Origin: an uncultured Blautia sp.
GTDB lineage: Bacteria; Bacillota; Clostridia; Lachnospirales; Lachnospiraceae
Length of the DNA: 64,000 bases
Direction: 5' to 3'
Assembly: GCA_946626695.1 (NCBI GenBank)
Contig: CAMOUV010000001.1
Coordinates: 3,339-67,338 of the forward strand
Part shown: in pieces, positions 27,838 to 37,246 of the stretch
Numbering within the stretch: position 1 is the stretch's first letter
Layout of the letters: each line of letters begins with the position of its first letter
Notes under the pieces: model-generated
Seen by the model: only the letters and a program-made list of their open reading frames with translations
Told to the model about the DNA's origin: nothing
The model's database searches: none
Position numbers and translations under genes: made by a program

Positions 27838-28269
27838 ATGACAGTAAAACAGATTTCTGTATTTTTGGAGAACAAACCCGGAAAACTGGCTGATTTTACG
27901 GATGTCCTTTCCGCAAACGGCATCGACATGCGTGCGATGTCCCTGGCGGAAGCGGCGGATTTCGGTATTGTCCGTATTATCGTGGATGACGTGTACAATG
28001 CGTCGACGGTGATCAAGGATGCCGGCTATATCTTCTCCATCACCAAGGTCCTGGCAATCGAGATGCCGGATGAGCCCGGCGCACTTTCCAGGATCATCCG
28101 CCTGCTGGGCGACAACGAGATCAATCTGGAGTACATGTATGCTTTTACGGCTCCGAAAAAGAACTCTGCGTATATGATCCTCCGCGTGCCGGATAATGAG
28201 AAAGCCATCGAGGTGCTGGGAAGAAAAGGAATCCGTCCCGTGTGTCATGATGACCTGGTGGAGATGTGA
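27838..28269 (+). CDS. Tandem ACT-domain protein
   Basis: MTVKQISVFLENKPGKLA and DEPGALS; typical paaK neighbour. ATG at 27838 after GGAGG. Confidence 0.9.
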   Translation: MTVKQISVFLENKPGKLADFTDVLSANGIDMRAMSLAEAADFGIVRIIVDDVYNASTVIKDAGYIFSITKVLAIEMPDEPGALSRIIRLLGDNEINLEYMYAFTAPKKNSAYMILRVPDNEKAIEVLGRKGIRPVCHDDLVEM

Positions 28270-28292
28270 TACCGACCGTGAGAGAAGAGGAA

Positions 28293-29183
28293 ATGAATCA
28301 TTGTTGTCTGTGCCCGCGTAACTGCAGCGCTTCACGCAGTGAGGGAATGGCAGGTTTCTGCGGGATGACAGACCGGATAAGGGCGGCGAGAGCCGCCCTT
28401 CATATGTGGGAAGAACCCTGCATATCCGGGACAAAGGGCTCGGGCGCGGTCTTTTTCAGCGGATGCTCCCTGCGGTGCATTTTCTGCCAGAATCATGAGA
28501 TCGCGGCAGGAAAGGCAGGAAAAGAGATTTCCGAAGAACGCCTGGCGGAAATCTTTCTGGAGCTCCAGGAAAAAGGCGCCGCGAATATCAACCTCGTGAC
28601 AGGAACCCATTTTGCGCCTTCGATCCGGAAGGCTCTGGAACGAGCCAGAGAACAAGGCCTGTCCCTTCCGGTCGTCTATAACTGCGGAGGCTATGAAAGC
28701 CTCCGGACCCTTCGCATGCTGGAGGGCTTTGTCGATGTCTATCTGCCTGATTTCAAGTACATGGATTCTCAGCTGGCTGAGAAGTTTTCCCATGCTCCGG
28801 ATTACCCGGAGGCAGCGAAAACCGCTCTGGCAGAGATGGTTCGTCAGACCGGCCCCTGCGTTTTTGATCCGGAAGGGTATATCCGGAAAGGCACCATCGT
28901 GCGGCATCTGATCCTTCCGGGTCACACACGGAATTCGAAGGATGTGCTGCGCTATCTCCATGAAACCTACGGAGACCGGATCTACATCAGCATCATGAAC
29001 CAGTACACGCCTGTCCGTCCTCTCCCGGACTATCCCGAACTGAACCGCAAGGTAACACGGCGGGAGTACGAGAAGGTACTGGATGAGGCAGTCCGGCTGG
29101 GAATCGAAAAAGCCTATATCCAGGAAGGGGAAACGGCAGACGAAAGCTTCATTCCCGCTTTTGATCTGGAAGGCATTGAGTGA
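28293..29183 (+). CDS. Radical SAM protein (PflX-like family)
   Basis: CCLCPRNC, HMWEEPCISG, FFSGCSLRCIFCQN, INLVTGTH, YLPDFKY, IVRHLILPG. Confidence 0.88.
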   Translation: MNHCCLCPRNCSASRSEGMAGFCGMTDRIRAARAALHMWEEPCISGTKGSGAVFFSGCSLRCIFCQNHEIAAGKAGKEISEERLAEIFLELQEKGAANINLVTGTHFAPSIRKALERAREQGLSLPVVYNCGGYESLRTLRMLEGFVDVYLPDFKYMDSQLAEKFSHAPDYPEAAKTALAEMVRQTGPCVFDPEGYIRKGTIVRHLILPGHTRNSKDVLRYLHETYGDRIYISIMNQYTPVRPLPDYPELNRKVTRREYEKVLDEAVRLGIEKAYIQEGETADESFIPAFDLEGIE

Positions 29184-29311
29184 GTCACCCGGGCTCTCCG
29201 GGCAGGTAATTCGTAATTTTACTATGGCAATTTTATATGAAATGTCTTATAATACAGAGAATGGGCACTTTGATACGTTGAAGAGTAACAGAAGCAAATC
29301 AGGAGGATCCT

Positions 29312-31090
29312 ATGAAAAAACTGATGACAGGCGATGAAGCCATTGCGAGAGGCGCATATGAAGCAGGCGTTTCCTATGCCTCCGCATATCCGGGAACCCC
29401 GAGTACCGAGATCCTGGAGAATCTGTCCACTTATAAAGAAATCTACGCGGAATGGGCACCGAATGAAAAGGTAGCCATGGAATCCGCGATCGGCGCTTCG
29501 GTAGCAGGGCTCCGCAGCATGGTATCCATGAAGCATGTCGGAATGAACGTGGCTGCAGACCCGATGTTTACCTGGGCTTATATGGGCGTCAACGGCGGTA
29601 ACGTGATCGTGACGGCGGATGAACCGGGAATGTTTTCCTCCCAGAACGAACAGGACAACAGAAATTACGCCAAAGCGGCCAATATCGCCATGCTGGAGCC
29701 CTCGGACAGCCAGGAGTGCATCGATATGATGAAGGCTGCCTTCGAGCTGGGTGAACAGTATGACACCCCCTTTATCATTCGTATGACCACCCGGGTCTGC
29801 CATTCCAAATCCATCGTGGAACTGAAGGAAAGAGCAGATGTGCAGCCGAAGGAATGGAGCAAAAACCCGGCTAAATATGTATGTCTTCCGGCCATAGCCC
29901 GCAAGCTGAAGGTCCGGCTCATGGAAAGAATGGAACAGCTTGCCGCATACAGCGAGACGTCTCCCTTTAACCGTGTGGAGATGGGCAGCGGCAGGACCGG
30001 TGTGATCGCATCGGGGATCTGTTATTACTACGCGAAGGAAGTTTTCGGAGAAGAGGCTTCCTATCTGAAGCTTGGATTTACCAATCCTCTTCCCGCAGGC
30101 CTGATCAAGGATTTCTGTTCGAAGATGGACAAGGTCTACGTCCTGGAAGAGAATGATCCCTATATTGAAGAGTTTGTCCGCCAGCAGGGCTGTGAATGCA
30201 TCGGAAAGGATCTGTTCCCCTCAACGGGCGAGCTGACACCGGATGTGATCCGTGAGTGCGTGACCGGCAAAGCGGCCGAGACCATCGCCTTTGACCGGAG
30301 CAGACTCATCAGCCGGGCGCCGGCTTTCTGCGCGGGATGTCCCCACAGAGGACTTTTCTACCGGCTGGGCAAACGGAAGGACATCATGATCAGCGGCGAT
30401 ATCGGGTGCTATACCCTGGCGGCCGGAAAACCCTACCAGGCGATGGATTCCACGGTATGCATGGGCGCCAGCATCAGTCTGGGAGCCGGTGCACAGCGGG
30501 CCTTCAACATGATCGGAGAAAAACGCCGGGTCGTCACCGTGCTCGGGGATTCCACCTTCTTCCACACGGGAATCAATTCGCTGATCAATACCGTCTACAA
30601 CAAGACCAATACCGTCAATATCATTCTGGATAACCGGATCACGGGCATGACCGGACATCAGGACAATCCCGGAACCGGCTACACAGCCAAAGGGGACGAG
30701 ACCACGGCCATCGTGATCGAGGATCTGGTGCGCGCCATCGGTGTGAAGCATGTGTTTGTGATCAACCCGAATGATCTGAAGGAAGTGGACGAGACACTGG
30801 ACAAATGCCTTGCCATCACGGATGAACCCTCGGTGATCATCACCCGCTGGCCCTGCGCCCTGAAGAAGTTCTCAAAGGAGGACAAAGCGGAGTTTGACAG
30901 TCTGTTCGTGACCCGGAACAAAGTGGTGGAAGAGGACTGCATCGGCTGCCGGGCCTGCCTGAAGGCCGGCTGTCCCGCCATGTCCTACAATGCGGAAACG
31001 AAGAAGGTTTCCATCAACGGTGCACAGTGCGTCGGATGTGATGTCTGCACCCAGATCTGTCCGAAAAAAGCCATTGTGAAGGAGGACTGA
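29312..31090 (+). CDS. iorA: Indolepyruvate:ferredoxin oxidoreductase alpha subunit
   Basis: MTGDEAIARG, YPGTPSTE, SMKHVGMN, FCAGCPHR, GDIGCY, LDNRITGMTG, two C-terminal 4Fe-4S motifs. Confidence 0.95.
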   Translation: MKKLMTGDEAIARGAYEAGVSYASAYPGTPSTEILENLSTYKEIYAEWAPNEKVAMESAIGASVAGLRSMVSMKHVGMNVAADPMFTWAYMGVNGGNVIVTADEPGMFSSQNEQDNRNYAKAANIAMLEPSDSQECIDMMKAAFELGEQYDTPFIIRMTTRVCHSKSIVELKERADVQPKEWSKNPAKYVCLPAIARKLKVRLMERMEQLAAYSETSPFNRVEMGSGRTGVIASGICYYYAKEVFGEEASYLKLGFTNPLPAGLIKDFCSKMDKVYVLEENDPYIEEFVRQQGCECIGKDLFPSTGELTPDVIRECVTGKAAETIAFDRSRLISRAPAFCAGCPHRGLFYRLGKRKDIMISGDIGCYTLAAGKPYQAMDSTVCMGASISLGAGAQRAFNMIGEKRRVVTVLGDSTFFHTGINSLINTVYNKTNTVNIILDNRITGMTGHQDNPGTGYTAKGDETTAIVIEDLVRAIGVKHVFVINPNDLKEVDETLDKCLAITDEPSVIITRWPCALKKFSKEDKAEFDSLFVTRNKVVEEDCIGCRACLKAGCPAMSYNAETKKVSINGAQCVGCDVCTQICPKKAIVKED

Positions 31091-31093
31091 AAT

Positions 31094-31666
31094 ATGACGA
31101 AGAGTATTCTGCTGGTGGGTGTCGGCGGACAGGGAACCATTCTTGCAAGCAAGATCCTGACCAACGGCCTGATGGAAGCCGGCTATGACGTAAAGATGAG
31201 TGAGATCCACGGTATGTCCCAGAGAGGCGGCTCCGTTTCCTCCCAGGTACGGTACGGGGAAAAGGTGATGTCTCCGGTGATCGAAAAGGGACAGGCAGAC
31301 ATCATTGTGTCCTTTGAAAAAATGGAAGCGCTGCGGGCTCTGGATTATCTGAAGCCGGACGGAACCATTGTGGTCAACACGGTGGAGATCCCGTCCATGT
31401 CCGTCATCACGGGCGATGAGGTCTATCCGGAGGATGTCCTTCAGGAGATCGAGAAGCATGCGAAGACGGTGGCCGTGGATGCGACGGCACTGGCCCGGGA
31501 GCTTGGAAACGAAAAAGCCGCCAACATCATTCTTCTGGGAACCATCATCAAGGCGATGGGACTGACCCAGATCGACTGGGATGCCATTCTGGAAGCCAAT
31601 ATCAAGCCGCGTTTCCTGGAGCTCAACAAAAAGGCGCTGCAGGTGGGCATCGAGGCGGTTGCATAA
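31094..31666 (+). CDS. iorB: Indolepyruvate:ferredoxin oxidoreductase beta subunit
   Basis: GVGGQGTILAS, SEIHGMSQRGGSV. Confidence 0.95.
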   Translation: MTKSILLVGVGGQGTILASKILTNGLMEAGYDVKMSEIHGMSQRGGSVSSQVRYGEKVMSPVIEKGQADIIVSFEKMEALRALDYLKPDGTIVVNTVEIPSMSVITGDEVYPEDVLQEIEKHAKTVAVDATALARELGNEKAANIILLGTIIKAMGLTQIDWDAILEANIKPRFLELNKKALQVGIEAVA

Positions 31667-31708
31667 GAATAAACAGCATCATATGAACTGACAGAAGGAG
31701 ACGAGATC

Positions 31709-32893
31709 ATGGTTGCAGAAAAAATGAAACCTTATCTGAAAAACAATTCGGCGATCCGGATGATGTTTGAGGAAGGAAACCGCCTGAAGGCTTTGTACGG
31801 CCCGGAGAATGTGTTCGATTTCAGCCTGGGCAATCCGTCGGTGCCGGCTCCGGACAGCGTCCGGAAGGCGATCATCGACCTGGTCAACGAGACAGAGCCT
31901 ACGGTGATCCACGGTTATATGAGCAATGCCGGCTTCGAGGATGTCCGCCAGACGATCGCGGAGTCCCTGAACCGCCGTTTCGGAACCGCCTTTTCAGCAA
32001 AAAACCTGATCATGACCGTCGGCGCGGCCAGCGGACTGAATGTGATTCTGAAAACCGTCCTGAATCCCGGCGAAGAGGTGATCGTTTTTGCACCGTATTT
32101 TCTGGAGTACGGCGCCTATGTCCGGAACTATGACGGGGTGCTGGTGGAAGTGTCGCCGGATACGGAGACCTTCCAGCCGAACCTGGAGGAGCTGGCCGGG
32201 AAGATCAATAAGAACACCCGTGCGGTGATCGTGAATACGCCCCATAATCCCACGGGTGTCGTGTACTCGGAAGAGACGATCCGCCGTCTTGCAGCGATCC
32301 TGGAAGAAAAGCAGAAGGAATACAACTCCGTGATCTATCTGATCTCGGATGAACCCTACCGCGAGCTGGCCTATGACGGAGTCGAGGTCCCCTATCTGAC
32401 AAAGTATTACAACAATACGGTGGTAGGCTATTCCTACAGCAAATCCCTTTCGCTCCCCGGAGAACGGATCGGGTATCTGGTCATTCCCGACGAAGTGGAC
32501 GGAGCGGAGGATGTGATCTCTGCGGCCACCATCGCCAACCGGATCAGCGGCGCGGTGAATGCGCCTTCACTGATCCAGAAGGTGATCGCCCGCTGTGTGG
32601 ATGAGCAGACGGATGTGGCGGCTTATGACCGAAACCGGAAGGCACTGTATGAAGGGCTTACCAGCCTGGGCTTTACCTGCGTAAAACCCGAAGGCGCCTT
32701 TTACCTGTTTGTCAAATCTCCGGTGCCCAATGAAAAAGAATTCATTGAAGCGGGGAAAAAGTATAATATCCTGATGGTTCCCGGATCCTCCTTCGCCTGC
32801 CCGGGCTATGTGCGGCTGGCCTACTGTGTGTCCTACGATACCATCATCCATTCTCTGCCGCAGTTTAAAAAGCTGGCGGAGGAATTCTTCTGA
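31709..32893 (+). CDS. PLP-dependent class I/II aminotransferase (aspartate/aromatic)
   Basis: DFSLGNP, NTPHNPTG, SDEPYREL, SYSKSLSLPGERIG. Confidence 0.92.
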   Translation: MVAEKMKPYLKNNSAIRMMFEEGNRLKALYGPENVFDFSLGNPSVPAPDSVRKAIIDLVNETEPTVIHGYMSNAGFEDVRQTIAESLNRRFGTAFSAKNLIMTVGAASGLNVILKTVLNPGEEVIVFAPYFLEYGAYVRNYDGVLVEVSPDTETFQPNLEELAGKINKNTRAVIVNTPHNPTGVVYSEETIRRLAAILEEKQKEYNSVIYLISDEPYRELAYDGVEVPYLTKYYNNTVVGYSYSKSLSLPGERIGYLVIPDEVDGAEDVISAATIANRISGAVNAPSLIQKVIARCVDEQTDVAAYDRNRKALYEGLTSLGFTCVKPEGAFYLFVKSPVPNEKEFIEAGKKYNILMVPGSSFACPGYVRLAYCVSYDTIIHSLPQFKKLAEEFF

Positions 32894-32900
32894 TTTCTGC

Positions 32901-32936
32901 AGAACGGTGACAGCCCTCCGGGGCTGTCACCGTTCT
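32901..32936. terminator. 16-bp perfect inverted repeat between convergent genes (probably bidirectional terminator)
   Basis: AGAACGGTGACAGCCC-tccg-GGGCTGTCACCGTTCT. Confidence 0.8.
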
Positions 32937-33586
32937 TCCATATGCTGTACGGAAACCTCACAGACCGTGTGAAACTCCGGCCCGCCGCAGGCGGGCCTTT
33001 TTACGTAGACCCGGCTCTGAATCTCCCCCCAGACAGCCAGATGGGATCCGGGATGAAACGCTGCGGCGGACTCTGCGGCATCGTCCCGGAAAACGCAGGG
33101 AATATAATCCGTGCGGGAATAGTTCCGGTTGACCGCAAGGATGAGACTGGTGATCAGCCGTCTGGTCCGGAGCTGCCGGATCGACGGTTCTTTGCAGACA
33201 AAACCGTCCAGAAAGATCTGGTCCATGCAGGGAAGGGCTTGGAAGCGTCCCTTCGGATTCATCTGACGGGCATAAACCTGCATGGCCGTGTGCTCTTTGT
33301 CGCCTTCCGTATAATTGTAAGACCGGAATTCGCCGATGATCTCCACGAAACGGCCCCGGTTGCTTCCCCGGACAGGGATCGACGACTGGGGAACCAGGAC
33401 CGGGATCGAGAACTCCGTGCCTGTGTTCCGCAGGATACATAGGGTATTTGTAAAATAGCTGTCGCTTCTCCCGCGCCGCAGGAACGAAAACTCCTCTGTC
33501 AGTGTGCCGGCCAGCGCTGCCTGATTTGTGACGATCCTTCTCCCCGGAGTGACCGTCCGTCTGTCTCTGAGTCTGATGCTTTCCAT
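32927..33586 (-). CDS. Divergent tandem-OB single-stranded DNA-binding protein paralog
   Basis: GEFRSYN, QIFLDGFVCKEP, LAVNR..RTDYIPC, WGEIQSRVYVK, EVSV; RBS GGGGAGG. Confidence 0.75.
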   Translation of the reverse strand: MESIRLRDRRTVTPGRRIVTNQAALAGTLTEEFSFLRRGRSDSYFTNTLCILRNTGTEFSIPVLVPQSSIPVRGSNRGRFVEIIGEFRSYNYTEGDKEHTAMQVYARQMNPKGRFQALPCMDQIFLDGFVCKEPSIRQLRTRRLITSLILAVNRNYSRTDYIPCVFRDDAAESAAAFHPGSHLAVWGEIQSRVYVKRPACGGPEFHTVCEVSVQHMEER

Positions 33587-33806
33587 AAAAAACCTCCCCT
33601 TGTCTTTTGTGATGGGCCTGCCGTGAGGACTGAAATCAGCCTCTTGTTCCCGCCCTCATAGTATATATACTCGGCATCCCCGGATTTTATGCAGAAAAAT
33701 CCGGTTTTTCTGATTTTTTTTGACAAAAGGAATAACGCGCAGTTCTGCGGGCGGGCTTTGTCCTTCTGCGGGGATCCGGATCCTGGCAGGAAAACAAAAA
33801 AAGGAT

Positions 33807-33835
33807 TGGACAGTGTGGAGGTTCTGTGGTACTAT
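33807..33835 (+). promoter_or_regulatory. sigma-A promoter of typA
   Basis: TGGACA-17 bp-TACTAT with TG extension. Confidence 0.55.
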
Positions 33836-33875
33836 AGGGTTTTGAGAAAACGAGAAAGAAGAGGAATGACCAGAT

Positions 33876-35708
33876 ATGAAAATAAAACGGGATGATGTCC
33901 GGAATGTTGCCATAATCGCCCATGTAGATCATGGCAAGACGACCCTGGTGGATCAGCTGCTGAGGCAGAGCGGCGTTTTCCGTGAGAATCAGGAAGTCGT
34001 GGAACGTGTGATGGACTCGAATGACATTGAAAGAGAGAGAGGCATCACGATCCTGTCCAAGAATACAGCCGTGCATTATAAGGGAGTAAAGATCAATATC
34101 GTTGACACCCCGGGCCACGCGGATTTCGGCGGCGAGGTGGAACGTGTACTGAAGATGGTGGACGGCGTGATCCTTCTGGTGGATGCCTTTGAAGGAGCCA
34201 TGCCCCAGACCCGGTTCGTGCTGAAAAAGGCGCTGGAGCTGGATCTGCATGTGATCGTCTGCATCAACAAGATCGACCGTCCGGAAGCAAGACCCAACGA
34301 AGTCATCGACGAGGTGCTGGAGCTTCTGATGGATCTGGACGCATCGGATGAACAGCTGGACTGCCCCTTCCTGTACGCCTCCGCCAAGACCGGCCATGCC
34401 GTGCTGGATCTGCAGGATACGCCGGAGAACATGGCGCCGCTGTTTGAGACGATCCTCAAATATATTCCTGCGCCGGAGGGAGATCCGGAGGCGGATACCC
34501 AGGTTCTGATCAGTACCATCGATTACAATGAATATGTGGGCCGGATCGGCGTAGGAAAGGTGGAGAACGGCACCATCGCCGTCAATCAGGAGCTGACTCT
34601 TCTGAATCATCACGAGCCGGACAAAAAGCATAAGGTGAAGATCAGCCGGCTGTATGAGTTTGACGGCCTGAACAAGATCGATGTGAAGGAAGCCACCGTG
34701 GGCTCCATCGTGGCGATCTCCGGCATCTCCGAGATCCATATCGGGGATACGCTGGCCGGAGGGGAAAATCCGGAGGCGATCCCGTTCCAGAAGATCTCCG
34801 AGCCGACCATCGCCATGAACTTCCTGGTCAATGACAGTCCGCTGGCCGGCCAGGAGGGCAAATACGTGACCTCCCGCCATATCCGGGACCGTCTGTACCG
34901 GGAGCTGAACACGGACGTGAGTCTCCGGGTCGAGGACACCGATACCACGGAATGCTTTAAGGTTTCCGGAAGAGGAGAGCTCCATCTGTCGGTCCTGATC
35001 GAGAACATGCGCAGAGAAGGCTACGAGTTCGCGGTGAGCAAACCCGAGGTTCTGTATAAATATGACGAACGGGGCAAGAAGCTGGAACCCATGGAAATTG
35101 CCTATGTGGATGTGCCGGAGGAATACTCCGGGACCGTGATCCAGATGCTGAGCGAACGGAAGGGAGAACTGCAGGGGATGAGCACCCTGTCGGACGGGTC
35201 CATGCGTCTAGAGTTTCACATTCCCTCCAGAGGGCTGATCGGTTTCCGGGGCGATTTTCTGACCTCCACCAAGGGAACCGGTATCCTGAATACGATGTTT
35301 GACGGGTATTCTCCGTATAAAGGAGACCTCAACTACCGGAAGCAGGGATCTCTGATCGCCTTCGAAGCGGGCGAGACCGTCACCTATGGTCTTTTCTCCG
35401 CCCAGGAAAGAGGAACCCTCTTTGTGGGCCCCGGGGAAAAGGTATACAGCGGCATGGTCATCGGACAGAACGGAAAGACCGATGACATCGAGCTGAATGT
35501 GTGCAAGACGAAGCACCTGACCAATACCCGTTCTTCCAATGCGGATGAGGCGCTGAAGCTCACACCGCCCAGGATTCTTTCTCTGGAGCAGGCCATCGAG
35601 TATATTGACCGGGACGAGCTCCTGGAGGTGACCCCCCAGAGCCTGCGGATCCGCAAACGGATCCTGGATCCCAGAGAACGGAAAAGAGCCGCCTTTAAGA
35701 AAGAATAA
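33876..35708 (+). CDS. typA: Translational GTPase TypA/BipA
   Basis: RNVAIIAHVDHGKTTLVD, ERERGITI, DTPGHADFGGEVER, GRGELHL. Confidence 0.97.
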   Translation: MKIKRDDVRNVAIIAHVDHGKTTLVDQLLRQSGVFRENQEVVERVMDSNDIERERGITILSKNTAVHYKGVKINIVDTPGHADFGGEVERVLKMVDGVILLVDAFEGAMPQTRFVLKKALELDLHVIVCINKIDRPEARPNEVIDEVLELLMDLDASDEQLDCPFLYASAKTGHAVLDLQDTPENMAPLFETILKYIPAPEGDPEADTQVLISTIDYNEYVGRIGVGKVENGTIAVNQELTLLNHHEPDKKHKVKISRLYEFDGLNKIDVKEATVGSIVAISGISEIHIGDTLAGGENPEAIPFQKISEPTIAMNFLVNDSPLAGQEGKYVTSRHIRDRLYRELNTDVSLRVEDTDTTECFKVSGRGELHLSVLIENMRREGYEFAVSKPEVLYKYDERGKKLEPMEIAYVDVPEEYSGTVIQMLSERKGELQGMSTLSDGSMRLEFHIPSRGLIGFRGDFLTSTKGTGILNTMFDGYSPYKGDLNYRKQGSLIAFEAGETVTYGLFSAQERGTLFVGPGEKVYSGMVIGQNGKTDDIELNVCKTKHLTNTRSSNADEALKLTPPRILSLEQAIEYIDRDELLEVTPQSLRIRKRILDPRERKRAAFKKE

Positions 35709-35711
35709 TAT

Positions 35712-35793
35712 AAAAGAGTCACGGGGACAGGTTCCCTGACTCATTGCCGCCGAGTGGCAACGAGTCAGCGGAACCTGTCCCCGTGACTCTTTT
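35712..35793. repeat. REP/REPIN-like element: two inverted copies of a ~27-bp palindromic unit
   Basis: AAAAGAGTCACGGGGACAGGTTCCCTGACTC...GAGTCAGCGGAACCTGTCCCCGTGACTCTTTT; the same unit recurs at 45470-45496. Confidence 0.8.
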
Positions 35794-35797
35794 TTCT

Positions 35798-37237
35798 TTA
35801 CAGTTTACGCCATGTCCTGGGATAGAAGAGCATCAGCAGGGGGAAGATTTCCAGTCTGCCGGCCAGCATATCGAAGGTCAGGACAAGCTTGGGGAGGGAC
35901 GAGAACAGAGAATAATTCTGTGCCGGTCCCACCAGATCAAGGCCGGGGCCGATGTTGTTGAGGGTGGCGGCCACGGCGGAAAAATTGGTGGTATAGTCAA
36001 AGTTGTCCACGCTGATGATCAGGGTGGAGAAGGCGAAGATGACCACATACACGACGATGAAGATGTTCGTGGAACGGACCACCTCGTGGGCCACCGGCTT
36101 TCCGTCGATCTTGATCTTTTTGACCGCATTCGGATGCAGGAACAGAAGAAGCTCCTTTCCGACGGACTTGATCAGGATCATGATCCGGGAGACCTTGATG
36201 CCTCCTCCTGTACTGCCGGCGCAGGCGCCGATGAACATCAGCATCAGAAGGATGGTCTTGGAAAACATGGGCCACTGGTCAAAGTCCACGGTGGAATATC
36301 CCGTGGTGGTGATGATGGAGCCCACCTGGAAGGCGGCATGATGGAAGGCCTGGAACACATTCCCGAACATGTGGGAAATATTGATGGTAATGGTGATGAC
36401 CGCCACCGCGATGATGCCCAGATAGTAGCGGACCTCCTCCGTGTGGAAGGCCTGACCGAACTTTTTCATGATCAGGAAAAAGTAGACGTTGAAATTAACG
36501 CCGAACAGGATCATGAATACGGTGATGATCCCCTGCTGCAGCATGGTATAGTCCCCGCAGCTGGAGTTCAGGACTCCGAAGCCACCGGTTCCTGCCGTAC
36601 CAAAAGAGATACAGAGCGCATCGAAGAGCGGCATCCGGGTCAGAAGCATCAGGGCGATCTGGATCAGGGTCAGACCGATGTAGATGGCATAGAGGATCTT
36701 TGCGGTGGACTGTACCTTCGGAAGCATACGGCTGACCGAAGGGCCCGGGCTCTCTGCCTTCATCAAGGCCATATGATAGCCGCCGGTCAGAGGCAGGATC
36801 GCCAGCACAAAGACCAGCACGCCCATGCCGCCGATCCAGTGCGTGAAGCTGCGCCAGAGCAGCACACATTTGGGAAGGACCTCCACATCCGTCAGGATGC
36901 TGGCTCCCGTGGTGGTAAAACCGGAAACCGTCTCGAAAAGCGCGTTGACCGGATTGGGGATGCTGCCTGTCAGGACAAAGGGCGCGGCGCCTACGATACT
37001 CAGCGTGATCCAGCTCAAGGCAACCGCCACAAAGCTTTCCCTGGCATAAAAGGCCTTTTTCTTCGGCTTGTGCAGGGCAATGGGAATGCCAAAAACCAGA
37101 CAGAACAGGATGACAGCCAGAAAAGAAAAGCCTGCTTTTTCGCCGTAGATCAGGGCCGTAATGGATGGGAGCAGCATCAGCGCGGCTTCCAGATTCAGGA
37201 TCATCCCGACAATGTAGACAATGATCGAATAATTCAT
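35798..37237 (-). CDS. trkH: Trk potassium uptake membrane subunit
   Basis: FETVSGFTTTGAS, WIGGMG, GTAGTGGF, TTTGYST, GSTGGGIKV, NNIGPG, MLAGRLE. Confidence 0.95.
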   Translation of the reverse strand: MNYSIIVYIVGMILNLEAALMLLPSITALIYGEKAGFSFLAVILFCLVFGIPIALHKPKKKAFYARESFVAVALSWITLSIVGAAPFVLTGSIPNPVNALFETVSGFTTTGASILTDVEVLPKCVLLWRSFTHWIGGMGVLVFVLAILPLTGGYHMALMKAESPGPSVSRMLPKVQSTAKILYAIYIGLTLIQIALMLLTRMPLFDALCISFGTAGTGGFGVLNSSCGDYTMLQQGIITVFMILFGVNFNVYFFLIMKKFGQAFHTEEVRYYLGIIAVAVITITINISHMFGNVFQAFHHAAFQVGSIITTTGYSTVDFDQWPMFSKTILLMLMFIGACAGSTGGGIKVSRIMILIKSVGKELLLFLHPNAVKKIKIDGKPVAHEVVRSTNIFIVVYVVIFAFSTLIISVDNFDYTTNFSAVAATLNNIGPGLDLVGPAQNYSLFSSLPKLVLTFDMLAGRLEIFPLLMLFYPRTWRKL

Positions 37238-37246
37238 GCTGTCGGC

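Noticed and set aside
33655-33700. SigE-type promoter for the ssb paralog
   Set aside because: The -10-like tATAtacT is present, but spacing to the ATA -35 element is about 20 bp, outside the usual range
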